Below, one piece after another: positions 39,766 to 49,104 of a stretch of DNA of 64,000 nt (position 1 is the first letter of the stretch; every line of letters starts with the position of its first letter). The stretch comes from a virus. The stretch is from IMG/VR virus record IMGVR_UViG_3300047678_000169, positions 16,239 through 80,238 of that record; one strand, given 5' to 3'. Under the pieces are notes generated by a model. That model searched no databases and was not told where the DNA came from. It saw only the letters and a list, made by a program, of their open reading frames with translations. The translations under genes were made by a program, and so were the position numbers.

Positions 39766-40980
39766 TTAAAAACCTATTGATGTGATTGAAAATACTTGTG
39801 CCTGACTTAGGCCGCTTCCCACCGCAGCGGGAGCCCACGATGCAGATACCGCGAATGACGCGGTGGCTTGAATACTGGAACTTAAAGACAAATTTATCGT
39901 AGCATTGGTAGTAGGATTAGTTACGCTGGCTATAATTCCACTGGCCGATACAATTGATATAGAAGATACTCCACCACCTACACCACCAGGTGCCCAAGAC
40001 GCACTGACAGCAAACTGAGACCACGATGCAGTTCCAAACAGTGAGCCGGTGATTTGTGGACTGTTAACAATTGAAGAAGTTATCTGCGTGCTGTTAAACG
40101 AACTTGATAGAGCTACGAGCCTGTTTGAAAATGAAGCAGAGGTTGTTGCTACTGCTATATTTGTTACTGTGAAAGATGAACTTAATGGTGCTATCGAAGC
40201 ACTCAAAGCCTGCAATGAACCGGATACAATTATTAGGCTTGAGCTTACTGGTATAACTGAGGAGCTGTTCGTGTTTACGACTGTGGTTAGAGCCACGACA
40301 GTTGTAGTAAACGATGAACTTGTTGCCGTGGCGCTTGTAGAAAATGAACTTGATAGCGTTCCAAGTCTCGTTGAGAAGGATGCTGATGAAACGACGAAAG
40401 AAGATGATACGGCAGTTAGCGACGTATTGGTTGCGACATTTGTAACAGTCAACGAAGAGCTTAATGGTGCAATCGATGCGCTTAGAGCTTGCAATGAACC
40501 AGAAAAAATAATCAAACTGGAACTGACAGGAATTAACGACGAACTGTTTGTGTTGACAGTAGAAGTCAAGGCTACAATAGTCGTCGTCAAAGATGAACTT
40601 AGTGGAGCAATTGATGCACTTAGAGACTGAAGCGAGCTTGAGATTACAATCAAACTCGAGCTAACAGGAATCAACGAAGAGCTATTCGTGCTGACCGTTG
40701 ATGTGAGGGATACAATTGTCGTAGTAAATGAAGAGCTGTTCGTGGTATCCGATGTTGCGAATGATGAAGAATATGTCAGTGCGTTTAAGGCGAACGATGC
40801 CGTTGTTGCCATAGACGATGTTCCAAAGCCAGGAGTTATTCCCGCTGCCGATTCCGCCTGCACTCTTAATTGATTGTTTGCATCTAAAAATAAGCTAGAC
40901 GTTGTTACGCCATCTGCGTTCATCAACGAGAGAACCGGGCCGTTTTTTTGGTCAAATAGAATTTCTGAAATATTGCTCAT
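39766..40980 (-). CDS. Ser/Thr-rich repetitive virion protein
   Basis: Repeats TNSSSLIPVSSSL / LSASIAPLSSS, ITGSLFGTASW; shares modules with 40977-44732. Confidence 0.75.
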   Translation of the reverse strand: MSNISEILFDQKNGPVLSLMNADGVTTSSLFLDANNQLRVQAESAAGITPGFGTSSMATTASFALNALTYSSSFATSDTTNSSSFTTTIVSLTSTVSTNSSSLIPVSSSLIVISSSLQSLSASIAPLSSSLTTTIVALTSTVNTNSSSLIPVSSSLIIFSGSLQALSASIAPLSSSLTVTNVATNTSLTAVSSSFVVSSASFSTRLGTLSSSFSTSATATSSSFTTTVVALTTVVNTNSSSVIPVSSSLIIVSGSLQALSASIAPLSSSFTVTNIAVATTSASFSNRLVALSSSFNSTQITSSIVNSPQITGSLFGTASWSQFAVSASWAPGGVGGGVSSISIVSASGIIASVTNPTTNATINLSLSSSIQATASFAVSASWAPAAVGSGLSQAQVFSITSIGF

Positions 40981-43900
40981 AGCTTACTTATAAGTATTGA
41001 AACCGATGGTTTTGAGTGTGAAGTTGCAATAGAAGGTGGCGGTATAACCTGCATGGAACCACTATTTCCAGCGAATTCAGCTCTGAGAGCGGAGCCTGAT
41101 AGAACAGGAATTATCACCTTTGAAACTAATGGCTGAGGAACGTTGTTGGCCGTGAATGAGAAAGCAGAATAACTTCCTGATATTTCAAGATTATCAAGAA
41201 CCAATCTTGTTGCTCCGACCAAAGTTCCGCTGCCTGTCTTTTGCATGTAGGTAGTTAAAGTAACTTCATATAATCCACCCAAAGAACATGTGAATTGTCC
41301 AGATGATGTTGAATGTGTCCATGCCGGAGAAGGAGTTAAAATATTGCTGAAATTAATTTCGTTAAACGTATTGACAGACAGAACAGACTGTGAGCCAGTT
41401 CCAATTGCTGTGTAAAATCCGGATGCTGTTGCGTTTGCTGCCCATGAGGCTGTTCCAAACAAAGAACCTGTTATTTGTGAACTGTTGATGAATGAACTTG
41501 TAACTTGTGTGCTATTGAATGAGCCAGAGAGTGCAACGAGTCTACTTGAGAAAGAGGCTGAAGAATTTACAAAAGAACTTGATACAGTAAGTAAGCTTCC
41601 ACTGTCAGCCAATTCCCTTGCTGTAAATGATGCAGAAGTGGCCTGGTAAGATGAGGATAACGCTAATAGACTTCCTGAGTCAGCCAATTCTTTTGCAGTG
41701 AAGGATGCGGATGTTGTCTGATAGGATGACGACAGTGCCAACAAACTTCCGCTATTTGTAAATATCCTTGTGCTAAATGATGCAGAAGATGCAACAAAAG
41801 ATGCCGATACTGACAGTAGACTTGAACTATTCGTAGTGACATTTGAAGTCAAATTACTTATAGTAGAAGTTAAAGATGAACTATAAGATAAAGCATTTGA
41901 AGAGAAAGATGCTGTTCCATCCAAGCTACCACTGAAGGAACTTGTAACGTCAGTTGGAGTTATTCTACCCAAAGTAAGTGTTATCGATGGAGTAGTAGTT
42001 GCGTTTTGAACCGTTCCACTTACGCCGTTTGCCGTAGCAACGGACACCGATGTTACTGAGCCTGTTGCAGACGTTCCTGCTGTTGGTGCCCAAGACGCAG
42101 AAATTGCATTTACCGACCACGACGCAGTTCCAAATAAAGAACCGGTAATATTTCCTGAAAATGATGATGTTACGTCCGTTGGAACTATTCTACCAAGGGT
42201 TACTGTTATAGCGGGCGTTGTTGTTGCATTTTGAACGGTTCCACTAACTCCGTTTGATGTATTAACAGATACATTGGTTACTGAGCCGGTAGCCGATGTT
42301 CCCGATGTTGGTGCCCACGATGCCGAAATTGAATTTTGTGCCCAAGAGGATGTCCCGAATACTGAACCAGTTATTTGAGTGATTAGAGCAGATGATGCTG
42401 TTATTGATGTTGATACAGACAGTGAACCACTCAAAATTGTTATGTAGGAACTACTGAATGTTGCGATTGCTGACAAAGTATTTTGTGCTGTTCCGGTTGG
42501 CCCAACAGGAGCAATTTTGATTATAACACTTCCTCCGCCACCAAGTCCAGTTCCTCTACTTCCAGCCAACACAAAGTCTCTTCCCTGCGTATCGGATGTT
42601 CCGGCAACAACGCTTTGCATAGACATTGTTTGCGGAACAGCGGCCGCTGCATCAGCATTTCCGAACTGTAGATTTCCCGCTCCTGGACTTGTGATTACAG
42701 TGTCGGCGCTTGCATTTGCGTCAGCCAATCCTGTAATAAATCCATATCCATAATTTCCTCTTTGAATTACAAAACCTTTGCTATTAGAAATTCCGATGAC
42801 TCCATTACTTGCTCCAGCGGAACAACCAATTATCAATAATCCGTTTAAATCTTGTCCACCGAGATATATTACAGCGTTTCCTCCGGCACTCGTTCTTTCA
42901 ACTCTAAATATTCCTGTCGGGTCCGCTTTTGATGAAATTGCAGCTTCTGCCGAATATGAAGATGTTCCAAATACGCTTCCTGTTATTTGAGAGCCTGAAA
43001 TTATTGAACCAGTAATTTGTGAACTATTAAACGAAGATGATAGTGCCACTAACCTACTTGAGAACGAAGCGCTCGATACAACTAAGGAAGATGATACCAA
43101 TAATAAACTTCCTGAATCTGCTAATTCTTTTTCTGTGAAAGACGCGGAAGTTGTTTGGTAAGACGAGGAAAGTGATAATAGAGAGGCAGAGGTCGTTAGT
43201 AAACTTCCACTGTCTGTAAAGATTCTTGTGCTGAATGAAGCAGATGAAGCGACATAAGATGAAGACAGTGCCAACAAACTTCCAGAATCAGCCAGTTCTT
43301 TAGCTGTGAATGATGCAGAAGATGCCAAATAAGAAGCCGAAAGAGCTAATAAACTACCACTATCTTTAAACACCCTTGTGCTAAACGAAGCTGAAGAAAC
43401 AACGTAAGATGAAGAAAGCGTCAACAAACTTCCAGAATCAGCCAACTCTTTTGAGGTAAATGAAGCAGATGTTGTTTGATACGAAGAAGACAGAGCCAAC
43501 AAACTCGAACTATTCGTAGTAACGTTTGCGGTCAAACTACTGATGGTCGTTGTAAACGAAGCACTGTTGGTTGTATCGCTAGTGCTAAATGATGAAGAAT
43601 ATGTTTGGGCGTTTTGAGAGAATGATGCGGTTCCAAACAACGAACCTGTAAATTGTGAGCCGGAAATTATTGAACCCGTAATTTGTCCGGTTGAAATTGA
43701 TGTTGGAGTTATTGCTCCTAACGTTATAGAAATCGCCGGGGCCGTTGTCGAATTAGCAACAGTTCCACTTACTCCAGCGTTTGTGGTTACGCTTACGCTT
43801 GTTACAGAGCCTGTGGTTGTTGTTCCTGATGTAGGAGCCCACGATGCCGATACTGAATTTTGTGCCCATGACGCAGTTCCAAACAATGAACCGGTTATTT

Positions 43901-44732
43901 GTGGACTGTTAACAACAGAAGCGGTTATTTGAACTGTGGACAATGAGGTATTCAACGCTCCAATTATATTGGAGAATGATGCCGATGCCACTACAAGATT
44001 GGTCAGTCCCGTTCCAGCTGATGCGCTTAGTGAATTAACAGTGGAATTGAAAGATGCACTATTCCCTGTTATTTGAACAGATAAAGAACTTGATAAAGGA
44101 GCTATTGAAGCACTAACAGATTGAACTGAGCCTGATACAATGACTAAGCTTGAACTTATTGGTATTAACGAAGAACTGTTTGTATTGACAGTTGATGTCA
44201 GTGTTACAATCGTTGTAGAAAAAGATGAACTGATGGTCGTATCAGTTGCGCTAAGCGACGATGAATAAGACTGTGCGTTTAAAGCAAAAGAAGAGGTAAC
44301 TGAATTCTGTGACCAGGATGATGTTCCAAATAAAGAACTTGTTGGTGAAAGACCGGCACTTGGGGCCCACGACGCTGATATAGAATTTCTCGACCAAGAA
44401 GCTGTATCAATATAAGAAGCCGTTTGAGCCTGTAGGCTGTTTAAAGAAAGTCCAGCTATTACAGCGTAGGACGCAGTATCACTGACACTTGCTATTACCG
44501 AATATGAGGCACTTACAGCCAATTGTGCTTTGATAGCATAAGAGGCTGTTGAGACAGACATTGAGCTTGTCTGGGAACTAGCCAGAAGCGAACTTGATGG
44601 TGTATAACTGAACACCATGTTTCCAACTCCGTCCAAAACATAAGAATTAGAGCCAGTGTCTAATCTCTGTAGGATATTTTGGTAACTTTCAGAGACATGT
44701 TGGAGAGTTAAGTCTTTATCAGGAAAATTCAT
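40977..44732 (-). CDS. 1251-aa Ser/Thr-rich tail-fibre-like protein
   Basis: Repeats GSLFGTASW, ~25-aa LLALSSSYxxxSASFTxKELADSGS, and GSVTSVSV...GVSGTV; C-terminal beta domain. Confidence 0.8.
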   Translation of the reverse strand: MNFPDKDLTLQHVSESYQNILQRLDTGSNSYVLDGVGNMVFSYTPSSSLLASSQTSSMSVSTASYAIKAQLAVSASYSVIASVSDTASYAVIAGLSLNSLQAQTASYIDTASWSRNSISASWAPSAGLSPTSSLFGTSSWSQNSVTSSFALNAQSYSSSLSATDTTISSSFSTTIVTLTSTVNTNSSSLIPISSSLVIVSGSVQSVSASIAPLSSSLSVQITGNSASFNSTVNSLSASAGTGLTNLVVASASFSNIIGALNTSLSTVQITASVVNSPQITGSLFGTASWAQNSVSASWAPTSGTTTTGSVTSVSVTTNAGVSGTVANSTTAPAISITLGAITPTSISTGQITGSIISGSQFTGSLFGTASFSQNAQTYSSSFSTSDTTNSASFTTTISSLTANVTTNSSSLLALSSSYQTTSASFTSKELADSGSLLTLSSSYVVSSASFSTRVFKDSGSLLALSASYLASSASFTAKELADSGSLLALSSSYVASSASFSTRIFTDSGSLLTTSASLLSLSSSYQTTSASFTEKELADSGSLLLVSSSLVVSSASFSSRLVALSSSFNSSQITGSIISGSQITGSVFGTSSYSAEAAISSKADPTGIFRVERTSAGGNAVIYLGGQDLNGLLIIGCSAGASNGVIGISNSKGFVIQRGNYGYGFITGLADANASADTVITSPGAGNLQFGNADAAAAVPQTMSMQSVVAGTSDTQGRDFVLAGSRGTGLGGGGSVIIKIAPVGPTGTAQNTLSAIATFSSSYITILSGSLSVSTSITASSALITQITGSVFGTSSWAQNSISASWAPTSGTSATGSVTNVSVNTSNGVSGTVQNATTTPAITVTLGRIVPTDVTSSFSGNITGSLFGTASWSVNAISASWAPTAGTSATGSVTSVSVATANGVSGTVQNATTTPSITLTLGRITPTDVTSSFSGSLDGTASFSSNALSYSSSLTSTISNLTSNVTTNSSSLLSVSASFVASSASFSTRIFTNSGSLLALSSSYQTTSASFTAKELADSGSLLALSSSYQATSASFTARELADSGSLLTVSSSFVNSSASFSSRLVALSGSFNSTQVTSSFINSSQITGSLFGTASWAANATASGFYTAIGTGSQSVLSVNTFNEINFSNILTPSPAWTHSTSSGQFTCSLGGLYEVTLTTYMQKTGSGTLVGATRLVLDNLEISGSYSAFSFTANNVPQPLVSKVIIPVLSGSALRAEFAGNSGSMQVIPPPSIATSHSKPSVSILISKL

Positions 44733-44785
44733 TTGGGACGGCTATATATATGAATTGAATCAGTGATTTGACACCGATTCATCCA

Positions 44786-45400
44786 TCACTTGATTTTTTT
44801 AAGGAATTGACGAGAAATAGCTTCTCTTTTTCCAATCAATTCACCGTTAACCTTAAAGTATTCTCCCAAAAGCTCTTTTAATACTTCTTTCGTCAATGTC
44901 TTTTTTGTGATACCAACACGTTCACATATAGAAACTAATTCATCAGAAGGAGATTGCTTTTGATTTGAAATTTTAACAACGTGTTTTTCCTTCAATGGTT
45001 TCGTTTCTTTTGATAAATCCGTTTTTTCGATGGTTTGTGCAGGACCTTTTGCCACCACCACTTCAACCAATGGCTTTTTGTCTTCTTTCTTCTGTTCTTG
45101 AACTACAACTTTCATGGATGTGTGTTCTTCAACTATGAAATCGGATTCCCAAGGTTTAAAATAAACATCTTCCACAATAATTTCAAGATGCATTTTTCCT
45201 GTTGTATTTTCTTCCATGATTCCCTTCAATTTTTTGATTGGGATTATGCACTTATCACCTTCAATGGTTCCTTTGAAAACTAAGTTGAGCCCCTCAGATT
45301 CTACAATCAAACGAGCAATTGAATTTTTCAACGAGGCGTTCTTAACTGAAACATCAGCTGAGAAATTTTCGTTTTTGTCTGTGTATAAAGTGTAGGACAT
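44786..45400 (-). CDS. Hypothetical (probably virion) protein
   Basis: 204-aa ORF in a late operon. Confidence 0.65.
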   Translation of the reverse strand: MSYTLYTDKNENFSADVSVKNASLKNSIARLIVESEGLNLVFKGTIEGDKCIIPIKKLKGIMEENTTGKMHLEIIVEDVYFKPWESDFIVEEHTSMKVVVQEQKKEDKKPLVEVVVAKGPAQTIEKTDLSKETKPLKEKHVVKISNQKQSPSDELVSICERVGITKKTLTKEVLKELLGEYFKVNGELIGKREAISRQFLKKIK

Positions 45401-45404
45401 GGGC

Positions 45405-45830
45405 TTATGTGGTTACGCTGAGCTTTGCTTCTGTGAGTCGATTGATTTCAAATTTTATTTTCTTAACATTGAAGAAAATATTATTTTCTTCTCTGGTTTC
45501 TTTTTTTTGGGAAAAATGTTCGGTTCCAACAATGCAAATCAGTTCAATAGTCTTTTTCTTTTTTACTTTTCTCAATTGAACTGGCTCAACTGATGGAATA
45601 ACTTCGGGAATATTTCCCATTGCCAAGTTCCAACCATCTTCTGTAGAAGGAACTGATGGGGTTGGTGGAATCGGTTGTTGAGTTCCCCAGGTGTCTTGAA
45701 AACAAACCCAAGTTTCGCTGATTTGGCTCCATATGTCGGAGTTGGTTGCTCTTTTGCCGACCTCGCTCCATGTGGCCTTAACAGAAGACCACGTATCGCT
45801 AAAATTACTCCATGTGAGGTTGCATGACAT
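45405..45830 (-). CDS. Hypothetical protein with periodic Trp repeats
   Basis: TWSNFSDTWSSVKATWSE; start placed at the ATG 7 nt after TATTTAT. Confidence 0.6.
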   Translation of the reverse strand: MSCNLTWSNFSDTWSSVKATWSEVGKRATNSDIWSQISETWVCFQDTWGTQQPIPPTPSVPSTEDGWNLAMGNIPEVIPSVEPVQLRKVKKKKTIELICIVGTEHFSQKKETREENNIFFNVKKIKFEINRLTEAKLSVTT

Positions 45831-45897
45831 ATTGACTATAAATATAGGTTTTTTCCTCAATTAAACCTTGGGAGACAGATTTATTTGGCGATGGGCA

Positions 45898-45932
45898 CAA
45901 AAAAAGAGCGGAGAAAAAATCTCCGCTCCTTT
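45898..45932 (-). terminator. Intrinsic terminator
   Basis: GAGCGGAGA-loop-TCTCCGCTC followed by a T-run. Confidence 0.8.
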
Positions 45933-45946
45933 CAAGGGGTCGCTAC

Positions 45947-46057
45947 TTAGACTTCACGGTAAGTAAGCCTTTGGCGAGTCTGGTCTTTGACCGTAATCAC
46001 CACAAGGCCTATTACGGCGAACCAAGCAACAGCCATTGCTAATGTATCAGCTATCAT
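45947..46057 (-). CDS. 36-aa single-TM peptide
   Basis: MIADTLAMAVAWFAVIGLVVITVKDQTRQRLTYREV, followed by a terminator. Confidence 0.55.
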   Translation of the reverse strand: MIADTLAMAVAWFAVIGLVVITVKDQTRQRLTYREV

Positions 46058-46224
46058 TTGTTTTCTTATGGTTAAGGCGTCCACCTTTTTCAAGGCTTCC
46101 GCAGTTTATATTAAAGTGTATCATTCGATTGTGTCTCTTAAATACACCGTAAAGTTGTAAAAGTTGCTAGTAAAATACTAACTACTTGATGTTACGCTAC
46201 TTACGTAGGAAATATCATTCCTTT

Positions 46225-46485
46225 TTAACGGGCATCATACGTAGGACCAGGCGGACAGTCCTTTTCCATCTGAATCTTGAAGCAATGAACCAAGGCGTCC
46301 AAATTAGACAGGTCTAGGACGCGAATTGCATGTTCAATATCTTTGTAACTTACTAAGGAATAGTAAGAACCGAAATCACCGTCATCGACGTAGATTTGCA
46401 CAAGTTCCTTCTGTTCATTGATTTGAATCCGTCCACCAAGTATAGTGCCGGCCTCTTCAATATCGAGTGAGTCTAAGGTTATCAT
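46225..46485 (-). CDS. Hypothetical protein, paralog of 46619-46861
   Basis: Shared DGDFGSY, AL..C and PPGP. Confidence 0.7.
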   Translation of the reverse strand: MITLDSLDIEEAGTILGGRIQINEQKELVQIYVDDGDFGSYYSLVSYKDIEHAIRVLDLSNLDALVHCFKIQMEKDCPPGPTYDAR

Positions 46486-46523
46486 TTGACCGCTACGCTA
46501 CTCAATTCTATAAAATTAGTCAA

Positions 46524-46555
46524 CAAAAAAGACGACTCTTTTGGAATCGTCTTTT
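46524..46555 (-). terminator. Intrinsic terminator
   Basis: AAAGACGATTC-loop-GAGTCGTCTTTTTT. Confidence 0.7.
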
Positions 46556-46618
46556 AAGGCAATGGAGGGCCAACTATACGTTACGAAATCGTAACTATAA
46601 TTGTAAAAATTGTATATA

Positions 46619-46861
46619 TTACCTCGGACCGGGAGGAGAATTGAGTCTCATAGCCTCTTTTACACAATATAATAAGGCTCCGAAATCGTCAGTTTTTCTA
46701 TCAACCATCGCTTTTTTAACTTGGTCGTAGGTGACGGTTGCCAAGTAACTTCCAAAGTCACCATCTTCATACCGTAGATTGAATCTGCTACGTTCTTTGT
46801 CGTCGGCTATATCAATGTGAAGCTGTGTTGAGATTGTTACTATGTGGGTTGGATTTAACAT
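46619..46861 (-). CDS. Hypothetical protein, paralog of 46225-46485
   Basis: Shared motifs; TTGACA-N16-TAGGAT-N6-ATG promoter at 46868-46895. Confidence 0.7.
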   Translation of the reverse strand: MLNPTHIVTISTQLHIDIADDKERSRFNLRYEDGDFGSYLATVTYDQVKKAMVDRKTDDFGALLYCVKEAMRLNSPPGPR

Positions 46862-46931
46862 TCCACCATCCTACAGGAGTTAATAATACTGTCAATCTCA
46901 ATAATTTCGTTCAAATCCTATGGTTTGAACC

Positions 46932-47575
46932 TATTTAATTTACAAGATAACTAACAAGCTAAATAACAAAATTTACGTTGGAAAGCATAAGACCGTTGAT
47001 ATCAACGACGACTATTTTGGTTCAGGTTTACTATTGAGTAGAGCGATTGAAAAACATGGAAAAGAAAACTTCACAAAAGAAATTCTCTTTGAGTGCAAAT
47101 CAGAAAAAGAAATGAATCAAAAAGAGGCCGATATTGTTAATGAAGATTTTGTTGCTCGGGACGATACTTACAATTTAGTATTAGGAGGAACCGGTGGATG
47201 GAACTGTGTTATGGAAAACAAGTTATTTCTAACGGACAAGTTTTATCTATCTTCTGCGTCAAATTGGGAAATTGGAAGAAAAAATTAGAGGAATTTATGT
47301 TAGACAAAGAATTTCGAGAAAAGTTTTCAAAGAAAATTTCAAATGGACTAAAAAAATTGTATGAGGGTTCTATTCATCCGTGGATAGGAAGAACTCACAA
47401 TACATCTTCGAAAAAGAAAATGAGTGAGGCCAAGAAAGGAAAATACAACGGAAACAAAAATCCGTCGTTCGGAACAATTTGGATAAATAATGGTTCTCAA
47501 TCTATGAAAATCAAAAAGACAGAACAAATTCCTCAAGGCTACAAAAAAGGTCGGCTCACTAAAATGTTATCTTAA
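46932..47575 (+). pseudogene. Seg-like GIY-YIG homing endonuclease, start lost and frameshifted
   Basis: YLIYKITNKLNNKIYVGKHKT is identical to 61483-62127; no usable start; one-base loss in the A-run near 47281. Confidence 0.8.
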
Positions 47576-47582
47576 TGAGCCG

Positions 47583-47656
47583 GGGTGCAGGTCCGGCGTC
47601 TGAATCCGTTGTTCTTGGTTATGAGCCAAACGAGTTACCACATACTCTACCCTGCA
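47583..47656 (-). tRNA. tRNA-fMet-like (CAU), degenerate T arm
   Basis: UGCAGGG..GGCU CAU AACC; T loop and 3' end decayed. Confidence 0.55.
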
Positions 47657-47664
47657 AAATAAAA

Positions 47665-47737
47665 TGGAGCGGCGTTCTTGGAACGACCAGAACCTTCGAC
47701 CTGGAAGGCCGACGTGCGAACAATACACCAACACCGC
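47665..47737 (-). tRNA. tRNA-Gly (UCC), aberrant T arm
   Basis: GCGGUGU/ACGCCGC-U-CCA; CU UCC AG loop. Confidence 0.6.
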
Positions 47738-47953
47738 ATAATTTGTGGACATGTTTATTACCTTTTACGGCGTATTCAATGACCACAATCAAAAATCGAT
47801 TTAACCTTTTACGTAAGGGGTTGTCTTCTCACCTAATGTTTTGGAGCTATTGAGACTCCGAACTTGGCGCTCCCTAAACTACTCGCCAGAGCAACTTTCA
47901 ATAATCCTACTGGCTTTCGCGGTGAGTTGAACTAAACCGACTTTCAAACTTTT

Positions 47954-47996
47954 AAAGAACTGTCTATAACTATGTCACAATGATACGAATTGTCAA
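47954..47996 (-). promoter_or_regulatory. Sigma70 promoter plus boxA-like element
   Basis: TTGACA-N16-CATAGT, then GACAGTTCTTTAAAA. Confidence 0.6.
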
Positions 47997-48120
47997 CATA
48001 TAATTAGTTTTAGAATTGGGGAATTTTTGTGATATCGGGAGTCCACTCCGACACTTATTCTTCGCCAGCCGTTCCACGCACAGTGGACAACCAGACTTGA
48101 AGACTTCGCTGAATCACAAA

Positions 48121-48211
48121 TGGCGGAAGACTGAGTATTCGAAACTCAACGGCTTTTAAACCGTCAGCCGACTTTCCAGGTCGGTGTTGCCCCCTGGCAA
48201 CTTTACTCTCC
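48121..48211 (-). tRNA. tRNA-Ser (GGA), atypical (6-bp D stem, weak acceptor)
   Basis: CCGAC CU GGA AA GUCGG, long V arm, G73-CCA. Confidence 0.65.
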
Positions 48212-48215
48212 AAAT

Positions 48216-48351
48216 TGGCGGAAATGATTGGATTTACCAACATGCGCACCAAACGTCTTTGGTGTTTAAACAGTATTCTCTTTGGATATTCCTGTCACAT
48301 CCACATCAACCGGATATAGCCTGACTCTTGCGAATCGTTGCTCACATTTCC
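48216..48351 (-). ncRNA. 136-nt tRNA-like RNA with Ser-type acceptor
   Basis: GGAAAUG/CAUUUCC-G-CCA; non-canonical interior. Confidence 0.55.
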
Positions 48352-48354
48352 ATA

Positions 48355-48445
48355 TGGCGGAAGGTAGAGGTCCTGACCCTCAACGCTTTTAAGTTCGTCC
48401 AACAGTTTTCGAAACTGTGTCAATGCCCTGATTGATTTATCTTCC
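48355..48445 (-). tRNA. tRNA-Ser (CGA), 8/4-type
   Basis: GGAAGAUA/UACCUUCC, 4-bp T stem GAGG/CCUC, ACAGU UU CGA AA ACUGU. Confidence 0.75.
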
Positions 48446-49078
48446 ATGTTCTATCTCTAAAATTTTCAAAGGATTTGGATAGTTGACTTCGTTTAAGTCA
48501 GACTTCTCTCCATATCCATCTATTCCGTTCATTTGTGCTAAATCTTTGATTCCTTGTAGGTGTAAGTGTGTAAACCACCCACCATTCTCATGTGGAGAGG
48601 CTAAAACACCAACAGGCGACCCTTTAAGATACTTCTGTCCAATAACAAGCTTTTCAGCTTTCAAATGAGCAAAAATTACAAGGCCATTTTCGGTTTCAAC
48701 AAGGACTCTATCTCCCCAACCTCCGTTTTGGTCTGTATCATGAAATATCTCTTTAACAATGAAATTCAAAGGACAATAAATTGATTTACCGGGCTTCAAG
48801 AAATTAACATCAACTCCGAGATGAATCGATTTCTTTGGGTTAAGATAACTTCCTCTCCAAAGGAAAGAGCGGTCTTCCATGTAGCCGCCATAACTGAAAT
48901 CTATTCTATTTAGGAACGATAGTTTGGCTAGCCACTCTTCACACCTATATGGATTGAGCAGTGGGTTTGGTTCAATGTTCTTGAACTCGACTCTTGCACA
49001 TTCATTTAAATCCAATTCTCCACATTCAACATGTGTGTCGTAATGTAACAATCCATTCATCGTGATATAATTCATCAC
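48437..49078 (-). CDS. M23-family metallopeptidase
   Basis: HLGVDV, FAHL, NGGWFTHLHLQ. Confidence 0.85.
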   Translation of the reverse strand: MMNYITMNGLLHYDTHVECGELDLNECARVEFKNIEPNPLLNPYRCEEWLAKLSFLNRIDFSYGGYMEDRSFLWRGSYLNPKKSIHLGVDVNFLKPGKSIYCPLNFIVKEIFHDTDQNGGWGDRVLVETENGLVIFAHLKAEKLVIGQKYLKGSPVGVLASPHENGGWFTHLHLQGIKDLAQMNGIDGYGEKSDLNEVNYPNPLKILEIEHGR

Positions 49079-49104
49079 TTATTAAGTATTGTCAATCACT
49101 AAAA

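Noticed and set aside
39766-44732. CRISPR array or DNA-level repeat element
   Set aside because: The repeats are in-frame protein repeats with synonymous divergence; no constant repeat-spacer pattern.
285-45593. Plus-strand ORFs antisense to minus-strand genes (e.g. 2891, 9482, 26530, 40049)
   Set aside because: Shadow ORFs of well-supported opposite-strand CDSs.
48121-48211. tRNA-Sec
   Set aside because: The D arm is Sec-like but the anticodon is GGA (Ser), and no sel genes are present.
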